A DNA stretch of 64,000 nucleotides from Clostridia bacterium. GTDB taxonomy: Bacteria > Bacillota > Clostridia > Christensenellales > UBA1242. A program made the position numbers and the translations under genes. Under the pieces are notes generated by a model. It did no database searches. It was not told the DNA's origin and saw only the letters and a program-made list of their open reading frames with translations. Shown one piece after another: positions 9,569 through 17,992 of this stretch; the first letter of the stretch is position 1; every line of letters starts with the position of its first letter. The stretch lies in contig JAFXZE010000008.1 of assembly GCA_017541375.1 (NCBI GenBank), forward strand, positions 6,207 through 70,206, written 5' to 3'.

Positions 9569-10522
9569 ATGATGCAAATAGACAAGCCAAATTTGAAGTT
9601 TGAAGAATCGGACGATGGCGCTGTCGCAAAATTTACTATCGAACCACTTGAGCGTGGATTTGGTATTACCATAGGAAATGCTATGCGTAGAGTGTTGTTA
9701 GGGGGGCTGCCAGGAGCTGCACCAGTAGCAATTAGGATTCAAGGAGTTCAACACGAATTTAGTGCAGTGCCTGGAGTGGACCTTGATGTTGCTGATATTG
9801 TACTAAATATCAAATCTTTGATTGTGCGTACTGACAATACAGACCCTAATTTTAAGGCGACTTTGAATGTAAGAGTAAAAGGACCTTGTGATGTAAGGGG
9901 AAGCGATATAGTTTGTCCTTCCGGAGTTGAGATTATCAACTCAGATATGGTGCTTTGCCATGTAGCTGAAGGAGCTACATTTGATATGGAGATAATCATC
10001 GCGCGTGGTAGAGGTTACGTTTTGGCAAAAGATAACAAAGAGTACTGTGATTCAATCGGTTTTATTGCTGTGGATAGTATATTTTCTCCAGTAAGAAAGG
10101 CTGAGTATCATACAGAAAGTGCTCGTGTTGGACAAAACATCAACTTTGATAAATTAATTATGGAAGTAGAAACAAATGGTTCTACTACAGCAAAAGAAGT
10201 TGCTAGTTTGTCTGCAAAAGTACTAAATGACCACTTGGCTATGTTTATCGAGCTTGTTGAGGATATGTCTAGTCAATATTGCTTAGTTACCAAGGAAGAG
10301 GATGAGCATCAAAAGATTTTGGATATGTCAATTAATGAGCTTGACCTTAGTGTGCGTAGTACAAACTGTCTAAAGCGTGCTAATATAAACAATGTTGGTG
10401 ATTTGACTGCAAAGACTCACAAAGAGCTTGCCAAAGTGCGTAATCTTGGTAACAAGTCACTAGAAGAAATTGTCAAGAAGATTGAACAACTTGGTCTCAA
10501 GATGAGAGAAGATGAAGATTAA
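9569..10522 (+). CDS. rpoA: DNA-directed RNA polymerase alpha subunit
   Basis: FTIEPLERGFGITIGNAMRRVLL and C-terminal domain LDLSVRSTNCLKRANI..VGDL. Confidence 0.97.
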   Translation: MMQIDKPNLKFEESDDGAVAKFTIEPLERGFGITIGNAMRRVLLGGLPGAAPVAIRIQGVQHEFSAVPGVDLDVADIVLNIKSLIVRTDNTDPNFKATLNVRVKGPCDVRGSDIVCPSGVEIINSDMVLCHVAEGATFDMEIIIARGRGYVLAKDNKEYCDSIGFIAVDSIFSPVRKAEYHTESARVGQNINFDKLIMEVETNGSTTAKEVASLSAKVLNDHLAMFIELVEDMSSQYCLVTKEEDEHQKILDMSINELDLSVRSTNCLKRANINNVGDLTAKTHKELAKVRNLGNKSLEEIVKKIEQLGLKMREDED

Positions 10523-10540
10523 ATTTAAGGAGTTAGTATA

Positions 10541-11050
10541 ATGGCTGAATTAAAAAAATTGAGCAAACGCCCTTCGTTACGCGATAACATTGAGCGCAAT
10601 CTTGTAACTACACTTCTTTGGAAAGGCAAAGTGGAGACTACTTTTGCTAGAGCCAAAAATGTGGCTAGAATTACTGAGAAATTGCTTACAAAAGCTATCA
10701 ATACATACACAGACAGCGTAAAAGTAACTAAGACTGTAATGGTTGATGGTGTAGCAACAAAGAAAGAAGTCATTAATGATGGACCAAAGAAATTGAATGC
10801 AAGGCGTGCTTTGATGGCGTATTTATATGATGCGCAAGAATTGCGTGGTGCTAAAGAGTCAAAAGGTGATTTTATCGAGCGTACAAAAGATATTAAGCAC
10901 CCACTGCTAGAAAAGATTTTCAATGTTTACGCTCCCAAATATGCAGAGCGCAAGCAGGAAGTGGGTCAGGGTGGTGGATACACTCGCATAGTTAAGACTG
11001 GCCCTCGCCGTGGTGACGGTGCAGAAGGTGCAATCGTTTCATTAGTTTAA
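10541..11050 (+). CDS. rplQ: 50S ribosomal protein L17 (with internal insertion, 169 aa)
   Basis: N-terminal LRDNIERNLVTTLL..GKVETTFARAK and C-terminal GGYTRIVKTGPRRGDGAEGAIV. Confidence 0.93.
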   Translation: MAELKKLSKRPSLRDNIERNLVTTLLWKGKVETTFARAKNVARITEKLLTKAINTYTDSVKVTKTVMVDGVATKKEVINDGPKKLNARRALMAYLYDAQELRGAKESKGDFIERTKDIKHPLLEKIFNVYAPKYAERKQEVGQGGGYTRIVKTGPRRGDGAEGAIVSLV

Positions 11051-11076
11051 AAAAAGCCCAGCGGGCTTTTTTTTTT
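11051..11076 (+). terminator. Intrinsic terminator of the alpha operon
   Basis: AAAAAGCCCAGCGGGCTTTTTTTTTT directly after the rplQ stop. Confidence 0.85.
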
Positions 11077-11165
11077 GAACGCCAAGCGTTCAATCTTAGT
11101 AGCTTCGCCTAATGATAACCCAATTAAGGTGGAGCGGTTGCCGCTTCCGCCGTGCGCGTAGCACA
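11077..11165. repeat. GC-rich intergenic repeat, copy A
   Basis: Hairpin GAACGCCAAGCGTTC, then TAGTAGCTTCGCC and AAGGTGGAGCGGTTGCCGC. These modules recur at 32.7 kb and 61.7 kb (see findings). Confidence 0.6.
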
Positions 11166-11242
11166 ATATGAATATAAAAATTATTGTCAAATTTTTAGAC
11201 AAATAGTAGGTGATTGTGCTATAATAGCCGTGGAGGAACACA

Positions 11243-11965
11243 ATGGACACATACGTTGTGACAATAATAGTAATAACGGTTTTTGGTTCTATTACTTCTA
11301 TAGTTTCGTATTCTAATTCTCCATTCAAATTTCCATATAAGACAATTTATATTAACATTACAGCCCGTAGGCAAACTACAATCACTGAGTATATAGATTT
11401 TTATTTGATAGAAAATTCGATGAATGAAATAGATGAGTTTATATCATATCTTACATCATGGAAAAATATTTGTGAGAAAAAAATAGGAAGGAGCGTCTTT
11501 AAAAGGCGTAGATATCGTCAATTTCAAGATTGTTGTGATGATGCGCACGCTATAAAATTGGTTTTTTATAAGGAAAAGACCAGATATAAGCAAGTGAATT
11601 ATGTTCGCTATCCATACAAGGTCAAAGAGGTGAAAAAACTATTTAACACTAGTTATGACTATCTTCTGGGGCGATATAATAAGCTGAAAGAGATCAATTT
11701 TCAGTGCTCACTAGAAGATTACAATTCAAATAAGCAAAGGCAGCTGATGACAAAAGAGCTTAGGCAAAAAATTGCCGAGCGCGATAATTTCACTTGTAAG
11801 AAGTGTGGTAAATATATGCCTGATGGTGTAGGGCTACACATAGATCATATTATTCCTGTTTCCAAAGGGGGAAAAAGTGTGCCATCAAATTTACAAGTAC
11901 TTTGTTCCAAGTGTAATGGACAAAAATCTGATAAAATTGTAAAAAAATCTGAATCAAAATCATAA
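11243..11965 (+). CDS. HNH endonuclease-domain protein with N-terminal TM helix and unknown middle domain
   Basis: C-terminal FTCKKCGKY...HIDHIIPVSKGGKSVPSNLQVLCSKCNGQKSDK is a classic HNH/ββα-Me motif. N-terminal MDTYVVTIIVITVFGSITSIV is hydrophobic. Confidence 0.8.
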   Translation: MDTYVVTIIVITVFGSITSIVSYSNSPFKFPYKTIYINITARRQTTITEYIDFYLIENSMNEIDEFISYLTSWKNICEKKIGRSVFKRRRYRQFQDCCDDAHAIKLVFYKEKTRYKQVNYVRYPYKVKEVKKLFNTSYDYLLGRYNKLKEINFQCSLEDYNSNKQRQLMTKELRQKIAERDNFTCKKCGKYMPDGVGLHIDHIIPVSKGGKSVPSNLQVLCSKCNGQKSDKIVKKSESKS

Positions 11966-11984
11966 TACTTATTAAGTATAAATT

Positions 11985-12008
11985 AAAAAAGGCTATTAAG
12001 CCTTTTTT
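11985..12008. terminator. Intrinsic terminator (A-tract/T-tract flanked, potentially bidirectional)
   Basis: AAAAAAGGCTATTAAGCCTTTTTTG. Confidence 0.7.
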
Positions 12009-12009
12009 G

Positions 12010-12090
12010 TTAGCAGCGCAGTAGATGCAGCACTCGAAATCGCTCGAGCTTGATAGTTTTGTCTGCTTTAGCTACTTGAGCCTAACTGTA
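12010..12090. repeat. GC-rich intergenic repeat, degenerate copy D
   Basis: GCAGCGCAGTAGATGCAGCACTCGAAATCGCTCGAGCTTGATAG...TTTAGCTACTTGAGCC aligns loosely by eye (~60%) with copy B. Confidence 0.4.
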
Positions 12091-12103
12091 TGTATCTTAA
12101 ATT

Positions 12104-12138
12104 AAAAGTCTTAAAACAAATAGTTTTAAGACTTTTTT
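12104..12138. terminator. Intrinsic terminator downstream of yloV (bidirectional-looking)
   Basis: AAAAGTCTTAAAAC-AAATA-GTTTTAAGACTTTTTT. Confidence 0.75.
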
Positions 12139-12161
12139 CTAAGGTGAAGCACTTGGCACTT

Positions 12162-13802
12162 CTATTCTACACTGATTAGATAGTAATATACTGGTTGACC
12201 ACCAGAGATAATAGTGATTTCACAATCAGGATATTTTTTCTGTAAGCGTTTTTGTAGTTCCACAGCTTCAGCATCGGCAACGCCTTCACCATAGAATAGG
12301 GTAACGCTGACTTTGGTTTCGTCCATCATTTTTTCTACTAACTTATAAGTTGCCTCACTTACAAGAGTATCTTTAGTTTTTATTTTTCCACCTTCGATAC
12401 CAATTATGTCACCTTCGTTAAGGTCAAAGCCATCCAAGTGAGTTTTTCTCACAGAGTAGGTGACAGCACCACTACTAACATTTTGACGGGCTGTATTCAT
12501 AGCTTCAATGTTGTCTTCCACTGTTCCATCCATGTTGAATGCCAAGCATGCTGAAATTCCTTCAGGCACTGAAATAGTAGGGATGATGTGAATAAAGCGT
12601 TTAGTAAGATTTTGTGCTTGCTCAGCAGCTAATACAATGTTTTTATTGTTTGGCAGTACAAACACATGGTCACTAGGCACTTGTTCTACAGCTTTTGCAA
12701 TATCATCAGCACTTGGGTTCATTGTTTGTCCACCAGTTACAATTTGGTCAACACCTAGGTCACGGAAGACTGTGTCAATTCCTTTACCACTAGAGATTGC
12801 TACAATTCCAAATGGCTTGGTAAATTGTGCGGCTTTTGCTCTAGCCGCCTTTAATTCACGGTTTTGTTGCACCATGTTTTCGATTTTTACATTGTGGATT
12901 TCACCCAATTCTAGGGCATAACCTAGCGCTTTATTAGGTTCGTTTGTATGGACATGAATCTTTACTAGGCTTAAATCTCCAAAGCATATTACCGAATCTC
13001 CGATAGCCATCAACTTTTCACGCAACCTATCAATGTCTGATTCAGTGGTTTTTTTGTTGAGTTCGATTATCATAAATTCTGTACAATAACCAAATTCTAT
13101 ATCAGCCAAATTTTCATAATTAACTATTATATAATTATCTTCTATTGGTTTTGACTCTTGGGCCTCTTTTAATATTAGGTCTTCATCTTCATTGAGAAGT
13201 CCTTTGTATAGACCCGTAAATATTACAGTGAGAGCTTTACCACCAGCATCGACAACTCCTGCTGATTTTAGCACAGGAAGCAGTTCTGGAGTTTGCTCCA
13301 AAATTTCCTCACCAGTTTTTATTACTTGGTCAAAAAAGCCCTCAAAGTCTGCATGTTTTTTTGCTGCAGCCTCAGCGCCGTCCGCCATTACTCTAATGAC
13401 GGTAAGAATTGTACCTTCTTTTGGCACAGATACAGCTTTATATGCGTATTCTGCACCATTTCGAATAGCTTTTGCAAAGTTTTTGGTAGTTAGTTCTATA
13501 TTTTTTACGATTTCAGTCGACATTCCTCGCAAGATTTGAGATAAAATAACCCCCGAATTTCCTCGAGCGCCACGTAATGCACCTTTGCTCAATGCTTCAC
13601 CAATCGCACTAAGTGTGTTGGTAGGGCATTCTGCTACAGCTTTAGTCGCTGAATCAAAAGTTCTACTTGTGTTGCCACCAGTGTCACCATCCGGCACTGG
13701 ATATACATTTAACCTGTCTATATACTCCTTGTTGTTGTCTAGGTAGACATTAGCGGCGTTTATCATTCTACGTAATGTCGCGCCGTTTATACTCTTTTCC
13801 AT
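12162..13802 (-). CDS. yloV: DAK2 domain fusion protein (YloV family)
   Basis: N-terminal Dak2 motifs (VYPVPDGDTGGNT, RGARGNSGVILSQ) plus a DegV-like C-terminal domain. Conserved pairing with an Asp23 gene and divergent rpmB. Confidence 0.9.
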   Translation of the reverse strand: MEKSINGATLRRMINAANVYLDNNKEYIDRLNVYPVPDGDTGGNTSRTFDSATKAVAECPTNTLSAIGEALSKGALRGARGNSGVILSQILRGMSTEIVKNIELTTKNFAKAIRNGAEYAYKAVSVPKEGTILTVIRVMADGAEAAAKKHADFEGFFDQVIKTGEEILEQTPELLPVLKSAGVVDAGGKALTVIFTGLYKGLLNEDEDLILKEAQESKPIEDNYIIVNYENLADIEFGYCTEFMIIELNKKTTESDIDRLREKLMAIGDSVICFGDLSLVKIHVHTNEPNKALGYALELGEIHNVKIENMVQQNRELKAARAKAAQFTKPFGIVAISSGKGIDTVFRDLGVDQIVTGGQTMNPSADDIAKAVEQVPSDHVFVLPNNKNIVLAAEQAQNLTKRFIHIIPTISVPEGISACLAFNMDGTVEDNIEAMNTARQNVSSGAVTYSVRKTHLDGFDLNEGDIIGIEGGKIKTKDTLVSEATYKLVEKMMDETKVSVTLFYGEGVADAEAVELQKRLQKKYPDCEITIISGGQPVYYYLISVE

Positions 13803-13853
13803 TTGTTAAACCTCATATTATCATTTTATCAACGGGGAAAAGGGTGTAGGGGA

Positions 13854-14204
13854 TTAAACCCTTACACCTACCACATTGACGTTTACAGTATCTACAATCA
13901 TGCCAGAAAATTCTTCCACTTTATATTTTACTGCTTTTCGTAGCGAATCTGCTACTGCACTGATTGATACTCCATATTTTAGCACTACAAACAAATCAAT
14001 GAATATTCTATTGCCACTTGTGATGACTTTTACGCCTTTGCCTAGTTGTTGCTTTTTAAATAAGTCTGCTACATTGTCACTAAAGCGCTTGGATACTAGA
14101 TCTATTACGCCATAACAATCGAGAGCCGCACTGGCAGCAATTGAGGCAATTGCATCATCTGCAATGTATATTTTACCATAATAATTTGTCGTTGTTACTG
14201 ACAT
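13854..14204 (-). CDS. yloU: Asp23/Gls24 family envelope-stress protein (YloU-like)
   Basis: 116 aa, ...IADDAIASIAASAALDCYGV...NVNVVGV pattern typical of Asp23. Synteny with yloV and rpmB. Confidence 0.85.
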   Translation of the reverse strand: MSVTTTNYYGKIYIADDAIASIAASAALDCYGVIDLVSKRFSDNVADLFKKQQLGKGVKVITSGNRIFIDLFVVLKYGVSISAVADSLRKAVKYKVEEFSGMIVDTVNVNVVGVRV

Positions 14205-14329
14205 ACAACCTCGCTAAATTCGTACATAGTACGCTATATATTATATCGCTTTTTGGGGAAATTTTCAAGTATTTTACCCAAAAAATTTGTTATTTTTAAA
14301 AATAGTGTAAAAAATTTTTCGAAATAGTG

Positions 14330-14358
14330 TTGCCAAAAACAAAGTTTAATGATATAAT
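14330..14358 (+). promoter_or_regulatory. Sigma-A-type promoter for rpmB
   Basis: TTGCCA-17 nt-TATAAT. Confidence 0.6.
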
Positions 14359-14427
14359 ATATCTACAGTTTTCGGCAAATCAACCAATAAAAAGTTGTGT
14401 TTGATATAATTTACGGAGGTGATTTCG

Positions 14428-14631
14428 ATGAGCAGAATTTGTGAAAATTGCGGTAAAACCAAACTTGTAGCAAACGTTGTACAACGTGATAATCAAGGTG
14501 TGCACAGCCGCACCTCAACCCCAAAGAAAGTCAATTTGCAAAGTGTAACCGTTACTGATGAGAATGGTAGACCATGCAAGATGAAGCTTTGTACTCGTTG
14601 CATAAAGAAAATGAAAAGTGCTAGCAATTAA
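14428..14631 (+). CDS. rpmB: 50S ribosomal protein L28 (Zn-ribbon C+ form)
   Basis: MSRICENCGKTKLVANVV...CTRCIKK. GGAGG RBS 8 nt before the ATG at 14428. Conserved divergent arrangement with yloU-yloV. Confidence 0.85.
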   Translation: MSRICENCGKTKLVANVVQRDNQGVHSRTSTPKKVNLQSVTVTDENGRPCKMKLCTRCIKKMKSASN

Positions 14632-14645
14632 TTGCTAGTTTTTTT
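14621..14645 (+). terminator. Intrinsic terminator overlapping the rpmB stop
   Basis: Perfect palindrome CTAGCAATTAATTGCTAG followed by TTTTTTT. Confidence 0.8.
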
Positions 14646-14701
14646 GTTATCCGCAGCCCATGTGATGAACTATGCGCAAAATTATAAAAAGGAGTGAATT
14701 T

Positions 14702-15487
14702 ATGAAAAATATAGATCAGCTTATACAATTAAGTGAAGATATAATTAAGAAAGTTTATGGAGAAGCTTATAAAAAGGAGGCTAAAGATTATGAGGCTAAC
14801 TGTAAGCTGGTAAATTCATCTTTGGAGGCTATAATTGAGGCTGATAATGAAAAAACGAAACTACAAAAATCTAAAGTGATAGAGGCTATGGCAGCATTAT
14901 TTTTGACCGTTGGTGAGGATATTCCAAATAGAAGTGAGTTGGCGTTAGCAATGTGGAGAAGTGAGGCGGTGGCAAAAGCATTAAGTGGGACTAAGATATA
15001 TGGATATCCTTGTAAATTTGAACCTAAGGAAATATGGTTCGATGCTATAACACCCCAAAATGCATTTGTTTTGGACGATAATAGTCAGATTAGTTGTAAA
15101 TATGTTTTTGGACCAATTTTACCTGATAGAAAGACGGGAGAGTTGGTTGAAATGAAAAACATTAAGTATGTATTCCCATTGTTTTATGCATACTCTCCAG
15201 CAGGGGCTTCAGTATATAAATACCCTAGTGGGTTATATGCAGCAAGGAGATTTGTTTATGATTACGATATACAAGAAGTAACCGGTCATGTATCTCCCAC
15301 AGGAGAGGTGTGTATTAACTCGAGAATAGAAGGCTCAAAGAATGGTTTATGGAGTAAGCCTAAAAAATCTTCTGAAAAAGTCACATTTGAAGATTATTTT
15401 AGGGAAATTATAAAAAAGGATTATGAATATACACATCCAGGGGAAGTGCTTCATGCAACTGAAGAAACAACATCGTTTGATAGATAA
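14702..15487 (+). CDS. Hypothetical protein (no family recognised)
   Basis: Long ORF with an AAGGAG RBS 7 nt before the ATG at 14702, so the track start at 14672 is less likely. No motif recognised. Confidence 0.6.
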   Translation: MKNIDQLIQLSEDIIKKVYGEAYKKEAKDYEANCKLVNSSLEAIIEADNEKTKLQKSKVIEAMAALFLTVGEDIPNRSELALAMWRSEAVAKALSGTKIYGYPCKFEPKEIWFDAITPQNAFVLDDNSQISCKYVFGPILPDRKTGELVEMKNIKYVFPLFYAYSPAGASVYKYPSGLYAARRFVYDYDIQEVTGHVSPTGEVCINSRIEGSKNGLWSKPKKSSEKVTFEDYFREIIKKDYEYTHPGEVLHATEETTSFDR

Positions 15488-15572
15488 TTTGCAAAACAGT
15501 AATAATATTATCAAATACATTTGTATATGAGATAGCATTTGTGTTATACTTAAGAAAAAACAGGAGAAAAAA

Positions 15573-16097
15573 GTGTCGAGCAAATTAAAATCATTTTATA
15601 TGACATCCGCTATTATTAGCGGTATTATAATGCTTGTATTTATATTTGCAAAACCAGTGCCGTATCAGGGGCGGTTTACGCCTGAAGCGCAAGAAATACT
15701 AAATATTGTGAATGAAGAGCGGCTCAAACATGGGTTATCTCCATTAAAACTTAATCGTAAGCTATGTTTTATGGCTACGGATAAGGCTGTTGACATGCGT
15801 GATAAACATTATTTTGATCATACTAGTCCCACATACGGTTCTCCATTTCAGATGATGAATGATTATGGAATATATTTTACCGCAGCTGGCGAAAACATTG
15901 CGGCTGGATACTATAATTGTAAGCATGTTATGAATGGTTGGATGAACTCCTCAGGGCATAGAGCAAATATTCTCAATGGTTCTTTTACTGAGCTTGGGGT
16001 AGGATATGTAACAGGTGGTTCGTACGGCACTTATTGGGTACAGGAGTTTATCCGTCCATCAGCCAAACAGTCTAGTGGAGTAATATATAAAAAGTAA
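15573..16097 (+). CDS. CAP/SCP domain protein (YkwD-like) with N-terminal membrane anchor or signal
   Basis: FDHTSPTYGSP...GENIAAGY...WMNSSGHRANIL...ELGVGY is the CAP-domain pattern. GTG start after an AGGAG RBS. Confidence 0.85.
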   Translation: MSSKLKSFYMTSAIISGIIMLVFIFAKPVPYQGRFTPEAQEILNIVNEERLKHGLSPLKLNRKLCFMATDKAVDMRDKHYFDHTSPTYGSPFQMMNDYGIYFTAAGENIAAGYYNCKHVMNGWMNSSGHRANILNGSFTELGVGYVTGGSYGTYWVQEFIRPSAKQSSGVIYKK

Positions 16098-16103
16098 GAT
16101 TTT

Positions 16104-16126
16104 AGGCAAATAGGGTTGCCTTTTTT
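16104..16126 (+). terminator. Intrinsic terminator
   Basis: AGGCAA-ATAGGG-TTGCCTTTTTT. Confidence 0.7.
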
Positions 16127-16175
16127 CTATTTTTATGATATAATACACTCGATTGTTTTACAATCCTTGTCTAAA

Positions 16176-16280
16176 GTGGGCTGATATGCTCATGTGAGTG
16201 GGCTGATATGCTCATGTGAGTGGGCTGATATGCTCATGTGAGTGGGCTGATATGCTCATGAAAAGTGGGCTGATATGCGC
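16176..16280. repeat. Tandem array of a 22-bp unit GTGGGCTGATATGCTCATGTGA (3 perfect, 1 truncated, 1 variant copy)
   Basis: Read directly. Units at 16176-16197, 16198-16219 and 16220-16241. Then 16242-16260 (+AAAA) and 16265-16280 (GTGGGCTGATATGCGC). Confidence 0.95.
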
Positions 16281-16449
16281 TTAGGTTGGATAGATGCAAG
16301 CTATATACATGATGGTATAAGGGGAGAATATGCATAAAGCTATGTATTAAAAAGCATGGTGAGAGTAATTTTACGCCATTATCTAGTAAAAACTATGCGC
16401 AAAAATGCTTATGTTTAGACCGTTTAGTCCAGAAGGAAGGAGGTTCATT

Positions 16450-16731
16450 ATGAACAAGTATGAGTTGTTGTACATCATTTCATGTGATGCTACTGAGGAG
16501 CAACGTGAAGCTATCATTAAAAAATTTAGTGATATGGTTGAGCGTGATGGTGGAAAGGTAGAAACATTAGAAAAGATGGGCATGAAGAAATTTGCTTATC
16601 CTATCAATCACAAAAATGAAGGTTTTTATGTGTTGATGAATTTTGAGTCAAATCCAACACTACCTCGTGAGATGGAAAAGCAAATGATGCTCACAGACTT
16701 TTTTGTGAGAAAAATGTTTATTAAGAAGTAA
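16450..16731 (+). CDS. rpsF: 30S ribosomal protein S6
   Basis: MNKYELLYIIS... canonical S6 start. GGAAGGAGG RBS. Followed by ssb and rpsR. Confidence 0.95.
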   Translation: MNKYELLYIISCDATEEQREAIIKKFSDMVERDGGKVETLEKMGMKKFAYPINHKNEGFYVLMNFESNPTLPREMEKQMMLTDFFVRKMFIKK

Positions 16732-16743
16732 TTCGGAGGAATT

Positions 16744-17181
16744 ATGAACAAGATTGTTTTAATAGGTAATTTAACAAGAGATCCTGAAAGTTCTACAACT
16801 AACAGCGGAATCACAATGTGTAGGTTTGGTATTGCGGTAAACCGTCCATTTGCGAATGCTGATGGCGTGCGTGAGACAGATTTTTTCAACATCACCACAT
16901 GGAGAAATTTGGCTGATAGGTGCTCAAAATACCTCAAAAAGGGTAATAAAGTAGCCATTACTGGTACAGTACAAATTCGTAATTATGAGTCAAATGGTGA
17001 GAAGCGTATTGCCGTAGATGTAATAGCTGATGATGTGGAATTTCTTACACCAAAGGGTGAGGGCGGTGCTCCTTTATTTGAGGAAGAAAGTACTCCAGCT
17101 CCTGCTAGTGAGGATAAGTCTAAGGCTGCAGCAAAGGTTGTTGAATTAGAGCCTGTAGAAGATTCAGATCTACCATTTTAA
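16744..17181 (+). CDS. ssb: Single-stranded DNA-binding protein
   Basis: MNKIVLIGNLTRDPE... OB fold, acidic tail ending DSDLPF. Confidence 0.96.
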   Translation: MNKIVLIGNLTRDPESSTTNSGITMCRFGIAVNRPFANADGVRETDFFNITTWRNLADRCSKYLKKGNKVAITGTVQIRNYESNGEKRIAVDVIADDVEFLTPKGEGGAPLFEEESTPAPASEDKSKAAAKVVELEPVEDSDLPF

Positions 17182-17198
17182 TTTAAAAGGAGATAAAT

Positions 17199-17534
17199 AT
17201 GGCAACAGAAAATGAAAAGCAAGTAGCACAACCAGAAGTAAATATTGAGAATTTACCTGAAAATGCTACTATGGAAAAGGTTATGGAGCACAAAGGTGCC
17301 GAGATGTTACCTCGTCGTCGTCCACAACAAAAACGCAAAGTATGTCAATTTTGTGTAGATAAAGTAAAAGAGATTGATTATAAAGATGTGGCTAAGCTTC
17401 GCAGATTTATCACAGAGAAAGGAAAGATTGTTTCTCGTCGTCAAACTGGTACATGTGCGCATCACCAAAGAGAGCTAGCTACAGCAATCAAGCGTGCTCG
17501 ATACATGGCATTGATTCACTATGTAGGTGATTAA
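17199..17534 (+). CDS. rpsR: 30S ribosomal protein S18 (Cys-containing form, ~40-aa N-terminal extension)
   Basis: [70 protein letters not shown] before 17199. Confidence 0.9.
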   Translation: MATENEKQVAQPEVNIENLPENATMEKVMEHKGAEMLPRRRPQQKRKVCQFCVDKVKEIDYKDVAKLRRFITEKGKIVSRRQTGTCAHHQRELATAIKRARYMALIHYVGD

Positions 17535-17663
17535 TATAAAAAAAACATTGTAAATTTTTTTGCGATGTTTTTTTCATAGATTTATTGAGAAATAAAATAT
17601 TTACTAGACAATAAATTTTGATACTAGTAAAATAAAAATCTAAAGATTAAAATAGGAGGAGAA

Positions 17664-17813
17664 ATGGATACAGCAGTTGTTTTGCAAGCAGTTACAGTAA
17701 TTGTTGCAACTATTACATTATTTGCAGATTGTGTAAAACAAGATGAAATCGACAAACTGCGTAAAAAACAAAAGCATATAACAGCGAAGACAATTCATCT
17801 TCCAGATTATTAA
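17664..17813 (+). CDS. Small 49-aa membrane peptide (hydrophobic N-terminus, basic C-terminus), absent from the ORF track
   Basis: Own translation MDTAVVLQAVTVIVATITLFADCVKQDEIDKLRKKQKHITAKTIHLPDY. AGGAGG RBS 7 nt upstream and its own terminator downstream. Confidence 0.5.
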   Translation: MDTAVVLQAVTVIVATITLFADCVKQDEIDKLRKKQKHITAKTIHLPDY

Positions 17814-17845
17814 TTTTGTTGTTGAGGGTATATTTTTACAAAGAA

Positions 17846-17874
17846 GATCATAAACTTTTGGTTTATGATTTTTT
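17846..17874 (+). terminator. Intrinsic terminator after the small ORF
   Basis: ATCATAAAC-TTTTG-GTTTATGAT followed by TTTTTT. Confidence 0.7.
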
Positions 17875-17931
17875 ACTTTTAGGTTAAGTATTATTAATAT
17901 TGCAATAATGTAATTAAATATAAAAAATCTG

Positions 17932-17960
17932 TTGACAAATTTTTATTTTTATGGTATAAT
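17932..17960 (+). promoter_or_regulatory. Consensus sigma-A promoter (extended -10) for the 1022-aa surface protein gene
   Basis: TTGACA-17 nt-(TGg)TATAAT. Confidence 0.75.
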
Positions 17961-17992
17961 ACTCTCGAAAGGAATTGGGAGGGTCAATAAAA

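Noticed and set aside
266-10923. Numerous 60-130-aa ORFs antisense to or out of frame with the ribosomal protein, secY, adk and rpoA genes. Examples: 266-520(-), 790-1122(-), 3331-3657(-), 4981-5355(-), 9298-9672(-), 10525-10923(-).
   Set aside because: They lie entirely within strongly supported conserved genes, have no RBS that I can see, and have low-complexity or hydrophobic translations typical of antisense frames in AT-rich DNA.
16176-16280. Considered whether the 22-bp repeats form a CRISPR array.
   Set aside because: The units abut head to tail with no unique spacers, the unit is shorter than typical CRISPR repeats, and there are no cas genes in the window. It is a plain tandem repeat.
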